From the IMG/VR virus record IMGVR_UViG_3300012228_000003, positions 3,050-67,049 of that record: a DNA stretch of 64,000 bases. One strand, 5' to 3'. Origin of the DNA: a virus. Under the pieces are notes generated by a model. It had not been told where the DNA came from and searched no databases. It saw nothing but the letters and a program-made list of their open reading frames with translations. Position 1 is the first letter of the stretch. Each line of letters begins with the position of its first letter. The position numbers were made by a program, and so were the translations under genes. Shown one piece after another: positions 7,515 to 14,958 of the stretch.

Positions 7515-8234
7515 TCAAGCTCCCTTGATCGCGACCCAGCCGGCGAAGTTGAGGGTTCGCCAGAAGCACTCGACGTACGAAAACCCCGCAGAGGTCAAGA
7601 GGTCTTCATTCCACTGCGCCGTCACAGGGACCAAGACTCCCTCCAGCGCCAGGCGCTTTCGCTCGACGTCGTCCTTGCTGTAGCCGTTGGCCTCCTTGAC
7701 TTGCCAGTAGAGAGAGTTGAGCAGGTCGTTGGTCTCGCAGCAAGACCCCATCACCTTCTCGACCAGGATCGCCGCGCCGCCCGGCAGAGTACTGTTGAAG
7801 AGGCTTCGGACGATTCGCTGCCGATGCTCGATGGGCGTGAACTGGAGAGTCAAGACGCAGAGGGTCAGCGAGGCCAGGAAGGGCGGGTAGGTCGTCCTCA
7901 AGTCCAGCTCCTGAACGTGAGCGACTCCGCAAGAGATCAGCCCGGCGAACCTCTCCCGCGCCGCTGCCAGCATCGGAGGCGAGACCTCGACCCCGACGTA
8001 TTGATTGAAGGCTCCGAACTTCGCGACGAACGGCGCAAGCGCCTCGCCCCTGCTGCAACCCAAATCGACTATTGCCGTCTGCGGCTTGACGAACTTGCAG
8101 CCTACCTCGAAGCAGAGCCTGCGCATCTCGTCGTAACTGGGAATGGAACGTGAGAGCATCTGATCAAAGTTGTTCGTGACATCTTCGTCAAAGGTCCACT
8201 TCTTGCCCTTCTCTAGTTTTGCTTCAGTCGGCAT
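7515..8234 (-). CDS. cmoA: Carboxy-S-adenosylmethionine synthase (CmoA family)
   Basis: WTFDEDV..FDQMLSRSIPSY, DLGCSRG, LTLQF, PGG...LVEK, KRLALEGVL (conserved Arg), AGF...FWRTLNF. Confidence 0.9.
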   Translation of the reverse strand: MPTEAKLEKGKKWTFDEDVTNNFDQMLSRSIPSYDEMRRLCFEVGCKFVKPQTAIVDLGCSRGEALAPFVAKFGAFNQYVGVEVSPPMLAAARERFAGLISCGVAHVQELDLRTTYPPFLASLTLCVLTLQFTPIEHRQRIVRSLFNSTLPGGAAILVEKVMGSCCETNDLLNSLYWQVKEANGYSKDDVERKRLALEGVLVPVTAQWNEDLLTSAGFSYVECFWRTLNFAGWVAIKGA

Positions 8235-8540
8235 TTTTCTTTCCTTTTGGATGTAGTTTTCCAGTTTGACCCTTGCTGATCTTTTGCCTGTGCTCCTCGG
8301 ACAAGGGAACTCCGAGATGAGCCTCGCTCAGTTTTCTCTTCCAATCTCCTTCATAGAAAATTCAGACTCTCCATACTTTCGCATCGCACGGTGCAGGAGA
8401 GTCTTCTTGTCCAATTTCGCCGAGGACCTGTGATGAATCCATCGAAAGGCTAACGTGTGACTCGTTTGCCCGACGTAGATTTTCCCGTTTACAAGGTTCG
8501 TCACCAAGTAAATCAGCCAGATTTTCTCCTCTACCATCAA
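8235..8540 (-). pseudogene. Degenerate GIY-YIG/NUMOD3 homing endonuclease
   Basis: LIY..NLVNGKIYVGQT...R..H...AMRKYG, then an early stop. NUMOD3-like KRKLSEAHLG..SEEHRQKISKG continues in another frame. Confidence 0.7.
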
Positions 8541-8656
8541 GGTCTCCTGAAAGATTGTCGAAAAAAGTTGCCCTACTTATCTCAGTATACTCCAAGAACT
8601 TGCGTTGAGAGTCAAGAAAATCTCGTGCAAAACCGGTCATCTACGCCAAAACCCCC

Positions 8657-8685
8657 TTGCCATCTACAGCACCTCAGGCTATAGT
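8657..8685 (+). promoter_or_regulatory. Sigma70-like promoter
   Basis: TTGCCA-N17-TATAGT upstream of the isolated plus-strand gene. Confidence 0.7.
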
Positions 8686-8742
8686 GAAGACGTGAGGACG
8701 ATTGATCCTCAGCACCATCAAACCCTTTCAAGGAGTCCACCC

Positions 8743-9141
8743 ATGACCGAGAACAACGTCGCCACCGTCTCCGCCCCCGCGCAAGCTGCTAAGGCCCCGA
8801 AGGTCAAGAAGGCCTCAAAGAAGGCGGCGCCGGCCCAGCGAGAGGCCAACGACGGCCTTCGCAAGCCCCAGGTTCGCATCCTCAAAGCCCTGGCCAAGCA
8901 CGGCCCACTCTCTCGCAATCCCCTCGCGAGCAAGGCCAAGGTCGGCCCGAATCAGGTCGTCGGCTTGACCGGCTCGGCTACCCCCGAAGCTCGCAAGTCC
9001 ATCGAAGCCTACCACGGCTACGTCAGCCTGATCACTCGCGGCTTGGTCCGCGACAAGGTCATCGACGTCGATGGAGTCAAGGAGCGCCTCTTCGAGGTCA
9101 CGGCGGCGGGCAAGAAGATGGCCGCGAAGATCGAAGCCTAG
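8743..9141 (+). CDS. Winged-helix DNA-binding protein with Lys/Ala-rich N-terminus
   Basis: AAGGAG RBS; PQVRILKALA...GLVRDKVIDVDG...FEVTAAGKK. Confidence 0.75.
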   Translation: MTENNVATVSAPAQAAKAPKVKKASKKAAPAQREANDGLRKPQVRILKALAKHGPLSRNPLASKAKVGPNQVVGLTGSATPEARKSIEAYHGYVSLITRGLVRDKVIDVDGVKERLFEVTAAGKKMAAKIEA

Positions 9142-9167
9142 GCAAGTCACGTCAACCTGACTTCAAA

Positions 9168-9192
9168 ATCCCCGGCCATCGAGCCGGGGTCT
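9168..9192. terminator. Hairpin between convergent genes
   Basis: CCCCGGC-catcga-GCCGGGG. Confidence 0.55.
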
Positions 9193-9193
9193 C

Positions 9194-11288
9194 TCATTTC
9201 TGCCCCAGCATCTTGCATAGAGCCTTCGTCGCTGCTTCGATGTTGCTCCCCTTGTTCCACCACGAGTCGACTCCCGAAGGGTGGGGCAGCAAGAGGAACG
9301 TCGCCCCCTTGACCTGCCTGACCTCCAGGAATGCCATGTCTGCCAGATCGAAGGCTTCGGCCACCCCTCGACCTACCAAGACCACTCGCCTGCCAGAGAC
9401 TGACAACAGGCAGGCAGTGCGACGTGCCTCGTCGAGGGGGAAGATGTCTCCCTTGCCGCCCTCCGAGTGACCCCGGAATCTGTCGATCAAGTTGACCGCC
9501 TCGAAGGAGGTCAAGAGATTCGCCAGCGACGTGCCCAGCACCGCAGCGAGGCGCTCCCCTGAGTTGCCGGAGGAGGCTCTGCGATCCTCTCTGGCGTCGG
9601 TCAGCACCGAGGGAGACTGGCCGACGAGGAGGGGGCGAGCGTTGGCGAGGCGAACCTTCGCAGAGAGCACCTTCCTGTCGACGGCGGGGATCAGGACGAG
9701 GTCTCTGACCGTCTCCGCGACCGCCCTCATCATCAGCGGAGGCACTGCGCGACCGAGGCGCTCCCATTGCTGGGAATATGATCCTGTGAGCACGAAGTTG
9801 TCGGGGAAGGCGCAGATTCGGCGCAGCTCCGCGATGGAGAACTTTCGCTGCAGGGTCGGGTGACAGACCGATGCCAGCGAGGGAGTCCCACCTTCGGCAG
9901 TGACGGTCGGTGAGGCTCCATCGAGGGGGGCGCGGACTAGCTGGAAGAACTTGTCGCTCTGCTCTCCTGGCAGGAGCTTCGCGGCCTCGGCCCCGACCGC
10001 GAACCTCGACATGTCAGAATCGGACTCGACCTGCGTCAGCCGCACGTCCCCGCCCCCTGATCTGCCGTTGCCGCTGTTGGGACTGGCACCAATGGTGCCA
10101 GCCGGTTCCTTCTCTGCATCCTTCCAGCCCTCCTCGCCGAAGGCCACGTTGGCGCCAACCTCGACCTTGACCCCGTGAGAACCTGACCTCGTGCCTCGCA
10201 CGGTCATCGCCGGATCGTCGGCGGAGTTCTCGACCACTCCGGCTCTCTTGTCGTTGGTGATGATCGTCTTGACCTCCGGCACTCTGTTGCCGGTAGCTTC
10301 TCGAAACGTGTGAATGATGGTCGGTGCCGGTCTTTGCCCCGCATCCTCCCACTCCTTGTCGGTCCCCTTCTTGCTGAAGTCTCCTCCTGGCACGCGACCA
10401 ACTTCGGAAATCCACGGGATCGCCTCGCGGACCGAGTAGCGATGGGGCAATGGCTTCGGGTGAGCGGGCATCAGCGGCTTGCCGTCGGAGTCCTCCAGAT
10501 CGTTCCGCACCCCGACGAAGATGCAGCGCTGCCGCTGCTGAGGGACTCCTAGCCACTGCGCATCAAGGACCTTGCAAGCTATGCGATAGCCACAAGCCTT
10601 CAGCTCCTTGAGAATCTCCAGGAAGTATCCCTTGGCCGTTCCCTTGACGAGTCCTGAGACGTTCTCGGCGACGAAGGTCTTCGGCTGAATGCCCTTGAGC
10701 AATCGTGCGAACTCGAAGAACAGGTCGTCGGTTCGCTGCGAGGTATCCGAATATTTCTTGACCGCCCCCCAGTCCCGCTGCCGCTTGCCTGCGGTCGAGA
10801 ATGATGCACAGGGCGGCGAGCCGTCTAATAGGTCTAGCTCTCCGGGCTTCATGCCGATGATCTTCAACACGCTCTCTGGCGTCACCTCTCGTATGTCCCT
10901 CTCGTCAAGGTGCGTCCCCGGCCTCATGTTCGCTCGATAACTGTCCCTGGCGGCCTCGACGAACTCCGAGGCCAAGAGGACGCGGAAGCCGGCCATTCGA
11001 TAACCCAGACTGGAGCCTCCGCAGCCGGAGAAGGTAGAGACCACCGTGAGACCGTTCCAGGGGATCGCCGTGATCTCGGCCATGCTGGGCACTCGGTAGG
11101 GGGGCTTCTCGTCGATGTCATCGCAGAGCTTCGGCATCTGACCATCCTCCTCTATGTAGTAGCTTCCCAGACCGAACCCGACCCCCCCCCGCACGGATGG
11201 TGCGGCAAGGTTCCTTGCTTATGTTCCTTCTCTCGACCCAGCCGTTCATCTTGCCAGCTGGTTGAGGGCAGATCAGCCAGAGCGTCAT
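9194..11288 (-). CDS. C5-cytosine DNA methyltransferase-family enzyme (predicted carboxymethyltransferase) with tandem TRD-like modules and a C-terminal UDG-like domain; 5' module frameshifted at G9
   Basis: FSGCGG (I), GSPPCASFS (IV), ENV (VI), QQRQR (VIII), RRICAFPD (IX), LGRAVPP (X, N>R); C-terminal LLVGQSP...LPHPSG. An internal ATG at 11137 has a GAGGAGG RBS. Confidence 0.9.
11182..11190 (-). repeat. G9 homopolymer (C9 on +)
   Basis: Direct reading; G8 would put ATG 11288 in frame with the MTase. Confidence 0.9.
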
Positions 11289-11977
11289 GGCGCTTCGTCC
11301 TCCTGACCTTCCTTCGCTTGAACGTCTCCTCCGCTGAAAGCATACCCGCAGCGGGGGCAGATGTGATCGACCTCGATGTCCTCACCGACTTCGGGGAAGT
11401 CTTCGGGCGAGGCAGGCTCGGCGAAGTCCATCGCTCTCAGCACCTCTAGCTCGTCTAGGCTCCAGCCGACCATCTCCAGCCCGGCCTTCGAGACCATCTG
11501 CTCCAGCTTGGCGACTTGCTCGAAGTCCCAGCGACCGTGCTCGGCACTTCGATTGTCCGCCATCCCGTAGGCGGCAAGCTCGGCCTCAGAGAGGTCGTCG
11601 TCTCTGGCCGCCGCGATCTTCGTCCAGCCGAGCGCCTTGGCCGCTTCGAGGCTCCCGTTGCCTGCGATGACGATGCCGTCCTTCGTTGCAGCTAAGGGCC
11701 TGCGCTGACCGAAGAGGGCGAAGGAGAGCATGATAGCCCGGATCGACTTCTCAGGATGCTTCTTCGCGTTGTTCGGATCGGGGGTCAGCGAGTCGATCTT
11801 GACCACAAGGGATTTGAGCGAGGGGGCGATCCGGTCCTTCGGCGCCTCTCGCATCACCCGCTCCTCCCGCTCCAGTTGAGTCTCGGCCTTCTTCGCGGCT
11901 TCAGGAGTCTTGACCTTGGTCACTAACCCCGCTGCTCCTCGGTTGACCAGCTGCGGTCTGTCGTCGAACTTAGGCAT
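11285..11977 (-). CDS. ParB/Srx-like protein with C-terminal Zn ribbon
   Basis: LTPDPNNAKKH, FGQRRPL, IAGNG, ADNRSAE..WD; HICPRCGYAF. Confidence 0.85.
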   Translation of the reverse strand: MPKFDDRPQLVNRGAAGLVTKVKTPEAAKKAETQLEREERVMREAPKDRIAPSLKSLVVKIDSLTPDPNNAKKHPEKSIRAIMLSFALFGQRRPLAATKDGIVIAGNGSLEAAKALGWTKIAAARDDDLSEAELAAYGMADNRSAEHGRWDFEQVAKLEQMVSKAGLEMVGWSLDELEVLRAMDFAEPASPEDFPEVGEDIEVDHICPRCGYAFSGGDVQAKEGQEDEAP

Positions 11978-11981
11978 GTGC

Positions 11982-12701
11982 CTATCCTTTCTTGAGTAGT
12001 TGTTCCAAGCGCTTCCAATTCTTCTGCCGAGTCTGAGAGGCTACAGTCTGAGGGTTCAGTCTCTCCCTCTCGATTCTTTCTACTGCGATGTTGAAGTAGT
12101 GCTCGTTGATCTCGCAGCCGACGAATTTTCGCCCCAGCCTCATGCAAGCCACTCCGGTCGATCCGGCCCCCATGTAGGGGTCGATGATCGTCTTGGCCTT
12201 GACCTTTTCGATGCACCACTGCATGAGTGCTGCCGGCTTCTGAGAGGGATGAACTGAGACCTCTCCTCTCTCACTCTCCTTGTCGAACCCGTGCCACTTG
12301 TGCTCGAAGAGATAGACCCCCACTCCACCTTTCTTCCAAGCTAACTCGGCATCTGAGAGAAAAGTTCCAAGCTGATTGCTCCCCTTCTTGTTCCAGACGA
12401 GGACAGTGCCGACCGATAGGTGAGAGGCAAAGAACTGCCAGCCCCAGAGGATCACCTCGGGGAACCTCAGCCACGGAGTTGGATCGAACGGTTCAGAGTC
12501 CCCCGCAATTCCTTGGTCATAGTTCTTGCTTGGAGCGATGCCGTTGGTGAACCTCGTATAGTCGCAGTTGTTATCTACGCCATAGGGAGGGTCGGAGATG
12601 ACGGCCCCCTGAGACAGAGAGGCCAACGATTCAAGGCAGTCCCCCAAGATCAGCTTGTAGCGATCCGTCTCGACGATCCTCTCCGGTTCAAGCCTTGGCA
12701 T
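11982..12701 (-). CDS. N6-adenine/N4-cytosine DNA methyltransferase (beta class)
   Basis: SDPPYG, HPSQKP, IDPYMGAGSTG. Confidence 0.9.
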   Translation of the reverse strand: MPRLEPERIVETDRYKLILGDCLESLASLSQGAVISDPPYGVDNNCDYTRFTNGIAPSKNYDQGIAGDSEPFDPTPWLRFPEVILWGWQFFASHLSVGTVLVWNKKGSNQLGTFLSDAELAWKKGGVGVYLFEHKWHGFDKESERGEVSVHPSQKPAALMQWCIEKVKAKTIIDPYMGAGSTGVACMRLGRKFVGCEINEHYFNIAVERIERERLNPQTVASQTRQKNWKRLEQLLKKG

Positions 12702-14958
12702 CGGACATCACCTCCCCGTAAACTTCGGTCATCTTGGGGGTCAAGCGCCAGCGGTTCTTGGGGTTCTGCCCCTTGAACTTGGCCGTCGGCTTGAACATCT
12801 CGGTCACGTGAATCTTCGTCAGGAAGCGAAGGTAGTGGCGGACCTTCGCCTCCTCGTCGGGCAGCCAGACTGCGAGGCTCTCCGGCACCACCCCTACGTC
12901 TCCGGCCTTGAAGAGGTGGGCCACGTACTCGACGGTCTTGCCCTCTCCGGTGTTCAGGGCTGTCTGCCTGACCCTGCGCATCACCTCGCCGTCGGCGGCG
13001 GTCTTGGAGAGCACGGCAGTGAGGCACTTCGCCAGCCTCGTGAGCTGAGAGACCAGGCGGTAGGGGAGTTCCTTCTCATGGCGCTCTTCCTCCTTGGAGA
13101 GTGACGGCCTGGCCCTCATGAAGGCAATGTACCTTCCGAGGTTCTTGATCTGCGTTCGAGCCTCTTGGGGAATCTCGACGCGAGAGAGCAGAGAGTCGTC
13201 GTCGCAGAGGCGGTTGATGTAGCCTCCGGTCAACTGCATCGCATGGAGCAGGGCAGGCTCGTAGTGAGTTTCCATCTCGCAGTTCGTCCTGATCTCGGCG
13301 GTGCGGTCGGCGCGGTTGATGATCCGGTCGAGGAGCAAGTCCTCGTCCTCCTCGGTCGGGTCCTTCATCACGCAGTCGAGGAACCTGGCCCCCAACTGAC
13401 TCTGGTCCAAGGCCCTCAGCGCCGTCGTGCCGCAGAGAATCCAGGTCATCCTGATCCCCTCATGATCCATCCCCATGCCGTTGCGATAGTCAGAGCGAGC
13501 CGTCGTGTCGTAGAGGTCGCGGGCCTCGGAGAGGATACGGTCGCGATCTCCCATCTGGAGGATCGTGTCGCCGTCCTTGGTCACCAGAGACTTGTCCTTG
13601 AGCTTGAGGATCAGGGAAGAGTTGTCCCCCAACTCCGGGTCGCGGTAGCCGGAGTGGAATCCTCGGATCGTCGAGAGCGCCTTGACGTGACGATGGTTGA
13701 CCGAGAGGGCCTCGCAAAGGGTAGACTTGCCTCCGCTGGGGGGCGACATGATCTTGACCCAGAGCTGGTCACCGGCGCTGCGAGTCGAGAGAACCGAGGA
13801 GAGCATCACCGAGAGTGCTCGATCCAGCCCCTCGGTCCAGAACATCGCCTTGCGCCAAGCTTGGACCAGGGTGTTCCAGTCGGGGCAGAAGGCGCAGTTG
13901 ATCTCAGTGCCTCCCGACGCGACCGCCGCCTCGTCCCTGCCGGGCAGCCAATCGTCGGGGATCGGCTGAATCTTGTTGAGCAACTCGGAGAGATGAGGCA
14001 GACGGTCCTTGAGGTCAACGCCTCGCTTGAGGACGTCGCGAAGATCGGTGCCGTCGGGGAGGTTCGGGTCGAAGCCCTCCTCGCCCCAGCAGAGCCACTT
14101 GACGACCTTCGCAGGTTCCGTGCTCCTGCCGAGGCGCTTGGCCACTCGCTTCATCCCGTCATAGCCGGCGCGGAAGGTCTTGCCATTGACCTGACGAGGA
14201 TGGTCCGAGTCGAAGAGCAGGTCCACCTCGCAGTCCTTGAACGTCAAGGCCCACTCGTCGCGGAAGACGTTGCAGCCCGGAACCGCCAGGACGGTTCTGT
14301 CCTTGAGCAGCGAGGCCGCCTCGCTCCCGGTGACTCCCAGGTTCCTGACCTCTCCTTCACCGACGTCCTTCGCCTGCCTCATGATCTCCCAGAGGGCCAT
14401 TCCGTCCCACGGCCCCTCGCAGATCGAGAACTTCTTCTTGAGAGGATCGAGGGGGAATCGTCCGAAGATGCCGTGCGAGAGACCCGGAGAGGCCAGTAAA
14501 CTCCGCTTGCCGGAGGGGGCCGTCGTCCAGCGATAGAGCTGGCAGAGCTTGCCTTGGATGTTGTGGCCGGGGATGATCCAGTCGCCGGAGAGATTCGAGA
14601 CGCAGACCCCCCACTGGCGCAGGGTCTCGACGTCAAGGATGCCCCGATCCTGAGCCAAAGACTTCCAGGCAGAGGTCTCAGTCGCCGCCATCGAGGTGGC
14701 CAAGAGAGTCGAGAGGAAGGTGTAGACGTTGCCCCCGCCCTTCTCGCTTCCTGCTCCGCAGACCCAGCAGCGCCAGAGACCGGAGGTCAAGTTGACCGAG
14801 AACTTCCTCGGCTTGTCGCAGAAGGGGCAGTCGCCGACGGCCTGAGTCCCTTCGATGCTCAGGTCCAGCCCGTGGAAGGCGAAGGGCTTGATCAGCTTGT
14901 CAGGTCCCTCGACCGCAGCACCGTTCGCACTCGGCTCTTCGTCAATCAGTCTCGGCAT
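12688..14958 (-). CDS. Primase-helicase (Zn finger + Toprim + AAA+)
   Basis: CPFC...CWVC, EGPWD, DSD, TDLRD, SPPSGGKST P-loop. Confidence 0.8.
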   Translation of the reverse strand: MPRLIDEEPSANGAAVEGPDKLIKPFAFHGLDLSIEGTQAVGDCPFCDKPRKFSVNLTSGLWRCWVCGAGSEKGGGNVYTFLSTLLATSMAATETSAWKSLAQDRGILDVETLRQWGVCVSNLSGDWIIPGHNIQGKLCQLYRWTTAPSGKRSLLASPGLSHGIFGRFPLDPLKKKFSICEGPWDGMALWEIMRQAKDVGEGEVRNLGVTGSEAASLLKDRTVLAVPGCNVFRDEWALTFKDCEVDLLFDSDHPRQVNGKTFRAGYDGMKRVAKRLGRSTEPAKVVKWLCWGEEGFDPNLPDGTDLRDVLKRGVDLKDRLPHLSELLNKIQPIPDDWLPGRDEAAVASGGTEINCAFCPDWNTLVQAWRKAMFWTEGLDRALSVMLSSVLSTRSAGDQLWVKIMSPPSGGKSTLCEALSVNHRHVKALSTIRGFHSGYRDPELGDNSSLILKLKDKSLVTKDGDTILQMGDRDRILSEARDLYDTTARSDYRNGMGMDHEGIRMTWILCGTTALRALDQSQLGARFLDCVMKDPTEEDEDLLLDRIINRADRTAEIRTNCEMETHYEPALLHAMQLTGGYINRLCDDDSLLSRVEIPQEARTQIKNLGRYIAFMRARPSLSKEEERHEKELPYRLVSQLTRLAKCLTAVLSKTAADGEVMRRVRQTALNTGEGKTVEYVAHLFKAGDVGVVPESLAVWLPDEEAKVRHYLRFLTKIHVTEMFKPTAKFKGQNPKNRWRLTPKMTEVYGEVMSDAKA

